Part shown: positions 7,843 to 19,803 of the stretch, in pieces | Numbering within the stretch: position 1 is the stretch's first letter | Layout of the letters: each line of letters opens with the position of its first letter | From: Mycoplasma wenyonii | Lineage (GTDB): Bacteria; Bacillota_I; Bacilli_A; Mycoplasmatales; Mycoplasmoidaceae | DNA length: 24,000 bases | Direction of reading: 5' to 3' | NCBI RefSeq assembly: GCF_003265155.1 | Contig: NZ_QKVO01000002.1 | Span: forward strand, 1 to 24,000 | Made by a program: the position numbers and the translations under genes | Notes under the pieces: model-generated | The model's database searches: none | Told to the model about the DNA's origin: nothing | What the model saw: the letters and a program-made list of their open reading frames with translations, nothing else

Positions 7843-8775
7843 TTGACACAAAAACCCACTCACTTTCCTGTACTCAAGAAAGAAGTCTGTCAACACTGGC
7901 TTAACTCTCCAACAGGCTTCTATATAGACTGTACTTTTGGACAAGGAGGTCACTCAAAAGCTTTACTTAATCTTTTGTCCCCCGCAGCTTCTCTTTTGGG
8001 AATAGACATAGACCCTGATTGTTCTGAAGATGGCCTACAACTCTCTCAAGAAGACTCAAGATTTCGTTTCCAAAACCTTAACTACAGCTCACTTTATAAC
8101 TACTGAGTAAAACAAAAGCTTCCAAAAGCTTCTGGAGTACTCTTTGACCTAGGTTTCTCTACGGCTCAACTACAAGATCCTAAAAGATCTTTTAGCTACA
8201 ACTCTAGCTCTTCTTCTCTAGAGCTTAGATATGGATTAGATGGAAAGAGTGTCTATGAAATTCTCAATGAATACTCTGAACACAAACTCAACTGAATATT
8301 TAAACACTATGGGAATCTCAGAGAATATAAAGAGCTCACACAAGCTATTCTCAGAGAAAGAAAAAAAGAACCTATTACCAGCATAGAACAACTAAAAGCA
8401 ATACTCACTAATAACAAAGTCTTTCAAAAAAACAGATACAACAAGAACCAAATTAAGTTATTATTTCAAGCTCTTAGAATAGAGGCCAATAATGAACTAG
8501 AGAATCTAAGACACACTCTAGAGAAAGTTAAAGAGATACTAGAAGTTGGTGGTAAATTACTCATTATTACCTTTCAATCCCTAGAAGATGAACTAATAGA
8601 GGATTGAAAAAGGAAATATTCTTATTCCATCAAGATACCTGATATAGGGGAGACCATCCCTCCTTTATTCCAATTACATCCAGACTCCCCAATTCTACCT
8701 AGTAGAGAAGAAATAGAACTTAACTGAGCCTCTAGAAGCTCTAAGCTATGAGTCTTCACTAAGCTCAGAGAATAA
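7843..8775 (+). CDS. rsmH: 16S rRNA (cytosine1402-N4)-methyltransferase RsmH/MraW (310 aa)
   Basis: HFPVLKKEV, DCTFGQGGHS, FDLGFSTAQL, ALRIEANNEL, ITFQSLED motifs. TTG start 7843, TAA 8773-8775. Checked codon by codon from 8101 to the stop; only TGA interrupts. Confidence 0.93.
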
Positions 8776-8822
8776 AACATTTATTCTTTTTGTCCATTTC
8801 TACTTATTAATGAATTAAGAGA

Positions 8823-9374
8823 ATGTATCAACTCAAAAACAATCTAGGGTCTTTTGTTGAGAAAATTATGTCCAACACAGCTGAATACTATATCCAAAAT
8901 AACATAGCTTATTTAAGGAAATCTCATCCAGAATACATTCACCTATCAAAGAAGGCACAGAGACACTCTAATCTATTTGAAAATGAGGGAGACACCTATT
9001 CAATGAGAGTTTGTTCCAAAGGAGACCTAGACTTCTATGGTGTTTATAAAGGAAGGTATTTCTCCTTTGAGCTAAAAGAAACTCAAAAGCCAGTATTTGC
9101 TTTATCTCTAGTTAAAGACCATCAACTAGAGCAACTAAAGAGAATTGATTCTTGTGGGGGTTTAGCCTTTCTTCTTATTCACTTCTGTGACAATGATTCT
9201 AGATTTATACTCTTAAGTTATCCTGAACTCTTAAAGCTATTGGAACTGAAGAGAGCTAAAAGATTCTCAATAACTGACCTAGAAAAAGTTAAAAGTTATG
9301 AGTTAAAAATAGTATTTCCTAGTGTCTTTAATCTCTTTGAGCAACTAGATCAAATACTTTCAGACTCTAAATAA
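8823..9374 (+). CDS. recU: Holliday junction resolvase RecU (183 aa)
   Basis: GDLDFYGVYKGRYFSFELKET....VKDHQLEQL....GGLAFLLIHF matches the RecU catalytic core (D..G...G..FE.K.....HQ). Its 3' end overlaps the polC 3' end by 8 nt. Confidence 0.85.
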   Translation: MYQLKNNLGSFVEKIMSNTAEYYIQNNIAYLRKSHPEYIHLSKKAQRHSNLFENEGDTYSMRVCSKGDLDFYGVYKGRYFSFELKETQKPVFALSLVKDHQLEQLKRIDSCGGLAFLLIHFCDNDSRFILLSYPELLKLLELKRAKRFSITDLEKVKSYELKIVFPSVFNLFEQLDQILSDSK

Positions 9375-12300
9375 CTTTAGGACCAATTATCTCTAAATTC
9401 TCAAACAATTTCAAGATATTTATATTCAATTTCACTCTAGACTCTAAATCTGCTCTGTCTTTGTAGGCGCCATTTTTCTCCCTTTCTTCTTCTAGTTGAG
9501 AGGCGGTAATTGCCCCCAATCCTAAGATACAAGAAAAGGGAAGCAAGATAGTTCTATTGATTCTATCCGGTTTAAAAGTTGAGGCTAAAGACTCATTCAG
9601 TTGAACCATTCTGAACTTAATTCCTCTTGAAATCATTTCCAGTGCAACCTCATAGATCATTACTAGATACTTAGATTTCTCTGCATTCTCCTTACTAGAC
9701 TTACTCTTAACTCTTATCTTGTATTCTTGATATTTCCTCTTGATCTCTAGTAAATCATTAGTAATTAGAGACTCAATATCAAAGTGCTTATTGGTAATAG
9801 TGAAGTAAGCTGCATAGAACTCTACCGGATAGTAAAGCTTAAAGTAAGCTATTTTTCAACACATTAAGACATATGCAGTTGCATGTGCCTTTGGAAAGAT
9901 ATATGTGATCTTGTTGGCACAAGCAATATATCACTCAGGTACTTTAAAGTCCTTTAGAAGTTTTAAGTGCTCTTGAGGAATTCCTCTACCATTTCTAACA
10001 CTTTCAGCTATTCTAAAAGCTATATCAATACCTATTTTTTTATCTAACAAGTAGTTCATAATATCGTCTCTACAGGTAATTACCTCACTTAGATTTAGTT
10101 GATGGTTAGAGATCAATCTATCTATATTGTTTTTTCAGACATTCTTTCCATGGCTAATGCCTGAGATTCTTATTAAGTCTGAAAAGTGATTTAGTTTCTC
10201 TCTACAAGCTTTAACTATTTCTCTAGTTTTTTCGGTACCAAACTCAGGTAATCCTAGAGTTCCAACAGTCTCACCTATTAGCTCTAGTTTGTCGCTTGGT
10301 ATCTCTAATACAGAGATATCACTAAACATCTTGAGAATCTTCTTGTCATTGTAGCTAATTGTGTCTAAGTTCTGATTTGTTAGTTTGGAAAGTAAAGCTA
10401 ACATAGTTGGATCATCTTGCCCTAGTATGTCGAACTTAAAGAGTGAATCTTTGAGTGCATCTTTTTCAAAGTGAGTAGTTAATCAATCACTTGTAGTGTC
10501 ATTAGCTGGATAGTTAACGGGTGTATAGTTATAGATACTGTCTCCTTTAGGAATAACTATTATTCCTCCGGGGTGTTGTCCGGTAGTTCTCTTGATATCT
10601 GTGAGTCTACTAGAGAGTCAGTGTAACTTTCCTTTATTGAACTCGATCTCATTATCTAATAAATAATTTCTAGCTAAAGCGAAGGCCGTTTTCTCAGCGA
10701 CAGCAGAGATAGTTCCCGCTCTAAAGGTATTGTCTCTCCCAAATAACTCTCTAAGAAAGTTGTGTGCTTTCTGTTGATATTGACCAGAGAAGTTTAGGTC
10801 TATATCTGGTACCTTCTTCCTTTCTAGCCCTAGGAAAGTTTCGAAAGGAATGTGTTGTCCATCTTTATGTAGCTCCAAGTTGCAATTGGGACATTTTCTC
10901 TTGGGTAGGTCAAATCCAGATTCCTTGGTATTTTCCTTAAGTAAGAAATAAGAACATTTACTGCAATAATAGTGAGGTGGTAGTGGGTTAACCTCACTAA
11001 TCTCCAGCACATAAGCTAAGAAGGAAGAGCCCACAGAACCTCGAGAGCCGACCAAGAAACCTTCTGACTTAGACCTTTGAACTAATAGGTGTGCACACCA
11101 ATAAACAGTTTCATAACCATTCTCCTGAATACCTTGTAATTCCCTATTTAAGGTAGCTACTAGATATGAATTGGGTTTTGGTCCATATTTATTACTTAAT
11201 TTGCGATTAACATAGTTTTTTATGTTTTCAAAAGCCCCATCAATCTTAGGTAAAGAAAGAGTAGAAATATGTATCTTGATATCCGAGGAAATAGAGTCAA
11301 CTATCTCTTCTCTGTACTTGAAAAATAGTTCCTCTGTTTGCTCTTCAGTTAGTCCTAGAAACTCAAATTCTTTAATGAATCTTTCAGTGGTTCTAAATGA
11401 AAGGTCTGGCAAAACATCATTACTGAACTTAGAAGAGAAAAGAGGATGTCTTTTCCCGCCTATATTCTTGGCATGTACTATGACTTTGTATTGTTCTATC
11501 TCCTCGTATCATTTGAACTTCAAACAATAGTTAGCCATAACCTTAAAATTGCATTCCTTAGACCATCTATAGAACTTCTTAAGTAGGCCTTGAATTTCCT
11601 CTAAGGTATATCTTTTTCTATGAATCTCATGTAGGAAATGAGAAGGCGGAGGTAAGCTCAAATAGTCTAGTTTTTTTCCTTCTTCTAAAAAGAGTTCATA
11701 GTCGTCTTTAAAGAGTGCATCTAACATAACACTATTGGTAGGTGAAGAGATAAGAATTAAGTCTTTTCTCTTTTCTTGAATAGACTCCCAGTCAAGTTGG
11801 GGTTTATCTACAAAGCAATCTATGTGGGCTTTTGAGATTAACTCATAGAGTGACCTTATTCCCTCTTGATTCTTAGCGAAGAAAATCACATTAGAACCAA
11901 AGTAATTTCTCAACATCTTCTTTGAGTTAAAGAGAGTATTGATACCATCTAGCTGTTCATATACATATGGATCTATGGAGAATTCATAGAGTTGTTTTTC
12001 TCATTGTTTTCAGAGTCTTAATAAGCATTGAGTGTCGTATTCTGCAGAGTGAAGCTCTCTTTCGACTACATTGAAAGACATCTTTTTAGATAAAGCAAAG
12101 AGAGAATAAGACTTAGACTTCTTTTCACCCTCTAAAGCTTTAGCGAGTAGGATAGTGTCTAATAAAGGAGCTTGAATTGGTTCTAGCTTAGCCTTCTTAT
12201 ATTGAGCATTTAAGAATGGTAGGTCAAACTCAAGTCCATTGTGAGCCATCAAGATAGTTCCAGAAACATACTCTTTAACTTCTTTTAAGACCTGTATCTT

Positions 12301-13698
12301 GTCTCTACCTAATAAATCCAGCTTTTCATCTGTGATATGAGTTAAGTCAATAATTTCACTACTTAATTTCTTTTCACATTTAAGATAGCTGTGATAGTGA
12401 TCCATGATGATTCCATTGCTGTACTTAACTATGTAGATTTCTATTATTTCGTCAAATAAGGGATTTAGTCCTGTGGTTTCTAGGTCAAAGATAGAGTAGA
12501 CAACTGCACTATTCGGTTCCAATAAGTGAAGATTGGAAAGAATCTTTAAGTTCTCAGGAACAACTTCTATTTCGGAACCATACAAAGGTTTAAGACCATA
12601 CTTCTTTGCACTCTTCTCTGCTTCCGGAAAAACATGTACATTATTGAAGTCTGTGAATGCAATCACTTCATGACCTAATGATTTAGCCAATTCAGCTCAT
12701 TGCTCAGAGCTGAATAGTCCATCAAAACTAGAGTATTTGGTGTATACATTCAAAGAGAAAGCTTTCTTTGGGGAGTTATCAATTAACTTAAGGCCTTCAG
12801 GGAAATCAACCTCTGAGCAGTTCAATAACCAACCATCATAGTTTGATAGAGTCTTAGAGTTAGAGAGAGACTTTTCATCTAATTGGAACTCTATCTCGAA
12901 TCAATTTCCTACTTTTAGTATCTTTAAGCTTTTTTCTTTTTCCTCTGGAGAAGAAAGTCTACCTAAAGCTAATAAATAATGTTCAGTGAAATTAGTGAAA
13001 CCAACCTTGTACATCTTTTGGCCTCTAAAGTTATAGTTCTCTACTTCTTGAAAGAAATAGAGCTTGAATGTACCTTTACCTCTTGAATCTAAGGTTTTTA
13101 TAGAGCCAGAGAGAATGGGAGATGGAGTTGGGATCAAAGAAGAGGCGCTACTAGTTCTTAATAGTTCTTCAGGTACATAGTTTGAAGGAGAAGTAGATGG
13201 TACTAAAGGAACTTGTTCAACCTTAGCTATAGAAAGATATATCTGTTTTTGTTCAAATACAAACTCTAAGAAGGCTTGAAGATTAGAGAGATATTTCTGA
13301 AAGTATTTCTCGTAGGCTATATTTAGAGCCTTCAATATCACTTGAGGGAACTCAAAACATAAATGAACTTCCTTAAAACTACCCTTAAAAGCTTTAGATT
13401 GTTCTTCTTCTGCAAATGAAGCATAGGTTTCAAATCAACTTAGTAAGAGTCGATGTAAAGAAGTAGAGTTATAGAGATAGTTAAGTCTTACAACTAAAGT
13501 ACAAACCTGAGAAGAGAAATTAAATAGGGCAAATAGTTCTTTTGGTGCTGGCTCTTTGAAATACTCGAATATTAAAAAGAAATGATCTTTATTGGGTGAA
13601 AACTCTCATTTAAACTCAGCTTTACTTAATAACTTTTCTAGTTCTTCTTTATTAAATATCCTTAATTCCTCTGAAAGCAATCATTTGAGTTTCTCCAT
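9367..13698 (-). CDS. polC: DNA polymerase III alpha subunit, PolC type (1443 aa)
   Basis: Seven track fragments plus the 5' segment up to ATG 13698 share one frame (all ends = 0 mod 3). The N-terminal and C-terminal junctions I translated are interrupted only by TGA. 3'-5' exonuclease [10 protein letters not shown], Zn finger [44 protein letters not shown] 13698. Confidence 0.97.
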
Positions 13699-13858
13699 TA
13701 TTTTCTAACTAACTAAAAATTTAGAAAATCAAGACCATAGGGAAAATAAGGGGTATTCATCTTAAAATTAAAGATTGATTACGCACTTAGTGTATTTTCT
13801 TCTATATGATGTCACAAGCGAACAATATATTCTAGGAACTCAAACTCTTTAACGATCT

Positions 13859-14392
13859 ATGCAAAGTAAAACAGCAGTTAGGTTCATTAAGAGAACAATT
13901 AGAAATGTTTTAGATTTCTTTTATTGCAGTAGAGACAGGTTACAGGAAGGAGTAGAAAAAGTATTAAATATCTGGATTTATGAAATAATTGCTTTTGTAG
14001 GTTTGGTAGCTGGTTGTTTAGGGATAGGGATAGGTAAGAGTGATTGAAACCAAGCAGGCCTTTTGTGAGCAGGTCCTACAGGATTTACATTCTTACTTAA
14101 CTTGTTCATTATTTTGAACTGATTTTCAATGATGAAGAGAAACAGTAATGATCAAATAATTGTTAACTTTCCTCCACAAGTTAAAAATCTATTGTTGCTA
14201 AATATCTTGTTAGGATTCTTCTTTCCATATGGTATTTTTGCTAAAAGCCTATTCTATAAGCACTTCTATGCTCTTTACAAGCAAAATCAACTATACTGAG
14301 CTAATCCAAATGACACCAGACAAGAAAGAAGAAAGAGATACAGAGAATATAGAGCTCAAAAGAGAAGAGAAATGGACTCAATAATTGGCTAA
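13859..14392 (+). CDS. Hypothetical membrane protein (177 aa, about 3 TM segments, basic C-terminus)
   Basis: ATG 13859. Table-4 ORF with 4 in-frame TGA. Hydrophobic stretches IIAFVGLVAGCLGIGIG, GFTFLLNLFIILNWF, LLLLNILLGFFFPYGIF. TAA 14390-14392. Confidence 0.6.
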
Positions 14393-14898
14393 ATTACCTT
14401 ACCATAGGAAAAGAGAAATATAGAGTAGTTTTTCTCCCTAAGACTAAAATCTTCTTCTTTTAGTAGTTTTCACTCGCTATCCCTAGACCATTCCCTTATT
14501 TTCTTTGGGTAAGCATGTGGCAAACAACAAAGTCATAACTGTTTAGTCTTTCAGTCTTCGGGCAATTTCTCTAGTATAGTAATGATCTTTTTAGAACCTA
14601 ATCCAGCTAACACAATAAGTATCTCTTTGTAACCTCTAATATTCTCAAAAGAAAGCTCAGAGAATCCATCTGATAAAAAAAACCTAGCTTTTAAGTCTAC
14701 CCCTTTCTCTGAATAAAGCTTTTGAGAATTCTTTAATGAGACCTTACTTAACTCAACATTTCAAACCTCACTAATTAATTCATTTCTTAAGAGCTTTAAG
14801 CCTAAAAGGCCAAGATCAGCTCCTATATCAACTAAAAGAAAGTTATTGTTAGGAGTCAAAATAGCAGAGAGAAACTCTGCTATCTTCCTTATCCTTAT
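14389..14898 (-). CDS. trmK: tRNA (adenine22-N1)-methyltransferase TrmK-like SAM methyltransferase; start codon uncertain (ATA 14898?)
   Basis: ..IRIRKIAEFLSAILTPNNNFLLVDIGADLGLLGLKLL...VWNVELSKVSLKNSQKL....LSDGFSEL....EILIVLAGLGSKKIITILEKL parallels TrmK (RL..IA..I...DIGSDHAYLP...GDGL...ITIAGMGG.LI..IL). The frame opens right after the rpsD TAG, and there is no ATG/GTG/TTG upstream of the conserved N-terminus. Confidence 0.72.
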
Positions 14899-14910
14899 AG
14901 CAACTCTAGA

Positions 14911-15519
14911 CTAGCTGTATCTCTTGTATCACTCAGTAGCTGAAACTTCATTTAGCTCTAGATTTATCTCGGATCTAAGAGGATATCTCTTGTAAATAGT
15001 TTTGTATCTTCCCTCTGCCTCCAAGAAAGGTAAAGGAGAAAACTCAGGGAAATAGTTAACCATTGGAATTCCTCTACTTTTCTCAACTACCTCAATAGTT
15101 GAACCTAATGGAACTATATAAGAGGGGATATCAACTTTCTTTCCATTGAGTAGTATGTGGCCATGTGAAACTAATTGTCTAGCCCCTCTTCTAGTATTTG
15201 CAAACCCAGATCTAAATACTAGATTGTCTAATTTACTTTCAAGAAGTAACAGAAAATTGAAAGCGAGAGCCCCTTTCATATTCTGAGCTATCTTAAAGAA
15301 TCTTCTCATTTGTTTTTCTCTAAGCCCGAAAAGCAAGGCAATTTTTTGTTTTTCTCTCAATTGTTCTCCGTGGAGGCTATGCTTCTTAAACTTTGAGGTG
15401 CCATGTTGGCCTGGAGGATAGTCTCTTTGTTTTCCTTTGCTGAACTCTCTTCCATCTTCATAAAAAGAGAAACCATATTGTCTAGCCTTCTTGTACATAG
15501 GTCCTAGATATCTAGACAT
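14911..15519 (-). CDS. rpsD: 30S ribosomal protein S4 (202 aa)
   Basis: MSRYLGPMYKKARQYGFS.. and the S4 RNA-binding region LDNLVFRSGFANTRRGARQLVSHGHILLNGKKVDIPSY. The track ORF ends at a TGA (Trp); the true stop is TAG 14911-14913. Confidence 0.95.
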
Positions 15520-15524
15520 AAGAA

Positions 15525-15728
15525 TTATTTAATCTTTCCTTGTTTTCTTCAAGTCCTTACAGTCTTAACTGAAGTTTTCACTTTAATAGGTTTACCTGTT
15601 TTTGCATCTACTAACTGAAACTTTTGAATATTTAAGTTTCAAGCTCTTTTAGTAGCATTCATAGCTTTAGATCTATTATTACCTGTCTTTGATCATCTAT
15701 TAGTAACTCTATCTAATCTATTTCCCAT
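15525..15728 (-). CDS. rpmB: 50S ribosomal protein L28 (67 aa)
   Basis: MGNRLDRVTNRWSKTGNNRSKAMNATKRAWNLNIQKFQLVDAKTGKPIKVKTSVKTVRTWRKQGKIK; the GNN.S.A.N.TKR..NLN.Q core of bL28. Missed by the track because of 3 in-frame TGA. Its ATG overlaps the upstream TAA (TAATG). Confidence 0.9.
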
Positions 15729-18700
15729 TATCTAGAGGAGATACTATCTTTAGACTCTTTAAGTTCTGATATTAATTTTCTTCTAGCCTCTAGTCTTCTA
15801 TCTATCTCTTCAAAGTTTAGGTCTATCATATCAGAAGCTTCAGCAAATATCTGATTCAATTCATTCTCTTCTTGTTCTAGATATTGTTTTAGATTATCCA
15901 AATCAGTAGTCATTTCAGAGAATAATATCTCTCTTCTATTTCTTTCCAATTCACAAGCATCTCTGTAGTTGCCAGAAGCCTTTTTCAAAGTTTGAATCTC
16001 TTTCTCTAGAGATAGAAGTCCCTCTTCTATCTCAACTATGTCTACTTTCTTCTTTTCTTCTCTGTATCTCTTGAGATTTAAGTGAGCTCAATCCTCAAGT
16101 TTAGGCATCATGCCTTTTTTAGGAGTAGCCATCTTAGACTTGGATGGTGTTTTGTCTTCATCTAAAGCTTCCAAGATAGAGAGATAACCTTCATCCTCTA
16201 AGTCATATAAGTCAGTCTCCTCTTCTTTAAAAGAAGTGAGGGGGCAAGAGTCTACTAAGCTAAGTTTCTCACTTGTCTTAAAAAAGTAATCAAACTCACT
16301 TAATTTTTCTACTGTATCAGAGTCATCAAACTTGCCTTGATCACTGATATTGATCTTGTCTCCTCACTTCTCTACTTCTTTTAAGGTAAATAGTTTCTTA
16401 GATAGATGTGTCAACATATCTTGGAATTTGTGTCTTAATTCTGAAGTAGTGAAATGTATTTCTTTTCAGTTATGGAAACTAGCTTTTTCAAACTCTTTAA
16501 GCTTGTTATATCTCTCTTCTTCATCTGCTTCTTGCGGGAAGTCTCTTTCAAAAGTTAAAGTCTTGAACTTGTAGTCTTTTTCTTTTAGTTTCTTTTCAAG
16601 ATCATCTTTAGCTTTTTGAATAAGCTTGTCTATTCTCTCCCTATCTTTTTCTTGAGACTCTTTCATTATTTTTTCTTTGAGTTGAAACTCTTGAATAGGG
16701 GTTAGCTTAGTTCAGACTTGATCAATAACTAAGAAATCTTCATCATTAAGTATCTTGGGTGAAAGCCCGATTAACTCATTGACTTTAGGCTTAGTGTATT
16801 TAAGACTTGGTCTATAGTAAATTAGTTTCTTAATTTCTTCAGAGAGATTAAAGACTGACTTATCCATCTTAGGAAGATGTCTGTGATGATGTTCAGAAGG
16901 CTTAGGGGTTGAGAGATAGTATCCTAGGGTTTTGAACTCATCAACAATTTCTTGATAGACCCTGTCTCATTCTTTCTTTCTGGCCCTTGACTCTTCTAAC
17001 AAACTATCTTGAGTAGAGTACATCTTTTTGATCTCTAACACAATGATCTCAGAGAATTCTTTTATTAGCTCTTTCTTTCTAGCCAGTATCTTTTCTAGAT
17101 GATCAATTCCCTCATTGGCTCAATCAACTCAGACTTGATTGACTGAACTATGAAGAAGGCTTAAATGATTGGCATAGTAACCACTAATCTCTTTTTGAAA
17201 ATCCAATATTTGCTCTCTAACGGCAGTAATGAAAGAAGAGTATTGTCTCTCAATTGCCTCTGCTTTAAGTTTCAGACCATAGATTTCTTCTCTATATGCA
17301 TCTACTTTCTTTTTGAAAGTGGCTTTCTGATTTCTAAGTTGTTGGGATTGTTCTTCGAAATCAGGAAAATAGTCTAGTTTTTGTAACTTAGAAAGATAGC
17401 TGGAGAGCTTAGACTTTTCTGCCTCAATTTCTTTTTGAATGGCATGTTTAGAGAGCTCAAGGGAACCTTGAATCTCCAGTCTTCTTAATTCTTCAGCTCG
17501 ATTAATTCTGCTTACTGATTGTTGTTGAGAAAGAACTAATCTAGAAAGACTATCTTCTTGTTCTAGGAACTCTAACTTCATCTCAGCCTTTCTAGCTTGA
17601 TGAAGGGTACTTAATCTCTCAAAAAGAAGCTTTTCTACTTCTTGTTGATAGAAAACTATCTCATTCAGTTGATCATTGAGGTCTAGTAGAGCATTGCAGA
17701 CTAGAGAGTCATACTTAGAAAGTATTGCTTTGGAACCAAAAATAGAAAGATAGAAGTTAGGGGAGAAACCGATATGTTTCTCTGAATATTGCTGTAACCT
17801 ATCTGAATAACGATTAAGAACTTTACAGGTATTCTCTATCTCCTCTAATATCTTCTTTTTGTCTCTAATTGATTGGAGGTATAAAAGGTCTGTATCAGGA
17901 TATTTACCTTGTTCTATAAGACTTTTTCTGAGTTCACCTAAATGAGTAGTTAATTGTTCATTCTTTGCCCTTAACCCTTCTAATTTGTTATCTAGTAAGT
18001 CTTTAAAGGAACTACTCTTAGAGTCATAACTACTTAGGTTTGTGTTTTCTTGAAGTTGTAACCACACATTCTTATTATTTGTTGGGTCTGAAGAAATAAG
18101 CAATTTCTCTACATCATAGGCACTTAAAGAGCTATAGAAACTCTTTAGCTTAGTTGTAAAGGTCTCTACATCTTTATATTTAGGTGAAATAATGGCTCAA
18201 AAGTGATGAGAATTATTTAGCTCTATAACTGAGGAAAATGGGAAGTTAGGATTAAAGTACTTTGCTCTCATTTTGTCTCTAGAAAGACTATTCAACACAT
18301 CTTTGTAGTTATCAGTAGGACTCGGAAGTAACTCAATAAGACTAGACTTAACTTCTTCTGACATCTGCTTATCTTCATCATTGAAAAAATCTTCATCTTG
18401 GTCCCGAGCATCATCTCCTTTTCCTCTATTTCTTGGTCCAAACATAGAAACACTAGAGAAAAGGTCATTTGGGGAGTTAAATGGAGAAGACAGACTTAGA
18501 GATTCTTTAATCTGTTTGTCTTTTACTTTGATCTTTCTACCTAGTTGCGAAGATCTTTCTATAGAATCTTCTTGGTATATAAAGTCTCCTCTACCATAAG
18601 AATTGGATAGTTGAGCCTCTACATCTCAACTTAAATCAGAGAGATTCTTAACTTCTTCTTGTGTTTTTATGTGAAGTTCTTTAAGTTCAAAAAGATGAAA

Positions 18701-19114
18701 CAATCTGGGCAAAGAGCAAGCTCACACTATTGGCTCAGAACTATCTCCACTAAACACTCTTTCTTGCTTAGAAATTTGTTCCTTTAAAGCTTTTTCCAGA
18801 TTAACAATCTGAGTAACTTTCTTAACTTCTGACAGTTTTGTTAGCTTTGAAAAATCATCACTAATGCCTTCTTCTGAACAAAGGAGATAGTATTTGCCCT
18901 CTAATTCTCTAAGTAAGTATCTCTTGTTGTTATTAATCAGAACATAGCTAAATTCGGAGAAATTTTTGTCTTTTAAAGGGGTAAAGAGCTTAGATTTAAC
19001 CCAACTATCAACTAGCTTTTTAGAAAGTTGAAAAACTGTATGACTTGGTTTAGAGTCAAGAAATTTGAGAGCTAATTCAGTAAGTTGTAGTTCTTTTTGG
19101 GTCAATTTACTCAT
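15728..19114 (-). CDS. Very large (1128 aa) hypothetical protein rich in predicted coiled-coil segments
   Basis: Five track fragments (ends 15988, 16666, 18103, 18445, 19114) are all = 1 mod 3. I translated every gap and found only TGA interruptions. Long heptad-like E/K/L/Q-rich stretches; no Walker or other catalytic motif seen. ATG 19114, TAA 15728-15730. Confidence 0.75.
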
Positions 19115-19197
19115 TAGAAATTATCTAAGTACTAAGCTTACTCACCCTTAAAGAGGGTAAGTCTTTCTTAAAGAATGAAAACTAAATAAAGCTAGAG

Positions 19198-19755
19198 TTA
19201 AGATTCTGAATCTTTCTTATCTTTATCAGAAGTTTCTTCAGTAGTATCAACTGCTTTTTGTTGTTCTATACCTCGGATCTCAAAGTCTTTTATTTCTTCT
19301 TTTTTGTCCTTATCCTTGTCTTCTTTGTCATCTTCTTTAGCTAGAGGAACTTCAATTTCTGGTTTGTCATTTCCATCAGCCTTTACAGCCTTACCCTTCT
19401 TCTTTTTACTCTTTAAAAATCTTTTACGTCTAGGATCTTTGTCTTTAGGAGGAAATTTCATTACAACATCATCCTCTACTATCACTGCATTTTCTGAGAT
19501 TTCATCTTCTTCCTTTGGGCTTCTCTTGGGCAGTATGCTTCCCCATTTTCAATTGGCATGAATATCCATTATGTTCTTAATAACCATTGTGAAGAAATAA
19601 GCGAAAGTTATTACTGGTAAAGCGAACAAAGAAGCTGCAGACAATCAAAAGAGCAGAAACAGAACCGAAAGAATAACAAATAATTTCTTTCAGGCCCCTC
19701 ACTTGGACCATCTAAGACTAAAACAGTCTAAAAAAGTTTTCTTATTTAACTTAAT
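19198..19755 (-). CDS. Hypothetical membrane protein with two TM segments and a highly charged K/E/D-rich C-terminal tail; start uncertain (ATT 19755, TTG 19644 or later)
   Basis: The table-4 frame is open from 19770 down. ..KKLFVILSVLFLLFWLSAASLFALPVITFAYFFTMVIKNIMDIHANWKWG... then PPKDKDPRRKRFLKSKKKKGK...KEDDKEDKDKDKKEE. TAA 19198-19200. Confidence 0.5.
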
Positions 19756-19803
19756 GATGATAGCTAGAAAACAAAAAACCTTCTAAGTATAAATATAAAT
19801 TTA

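Noticed and set aside
3067-13698. lon, polC and other core genes appear broken into many pieces, suggesting a heavily pseudogenised region
   Set aside because: This is an artefact of standard-code ORF calling. All pieces of each gene share a frame, the interruptions I checked are only TGA, and at least one falls on an invariant Trp (Lon LPW).
9367-14392. Convergent 3' overlaps recU/polC (9367-9374) and membrane gene/trmK (14389-14392)
   Set aside because: These are real but are ordinary consequences of genome compaction. No hairpin or regulatory signal is visible at either site.
19140-19162. A 9-bp hairpin (one G-U pair on the - strand RNA, 5-nt loop) lies between the charged-tail membrane gene and the coiled-coil gene and could be a terminator
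   Set aside because: It is not followed by a U tract and sits 25 nt upstream of the next start codon. It is too weak to call an intrinsic terminator and may be a minor RNA structure.
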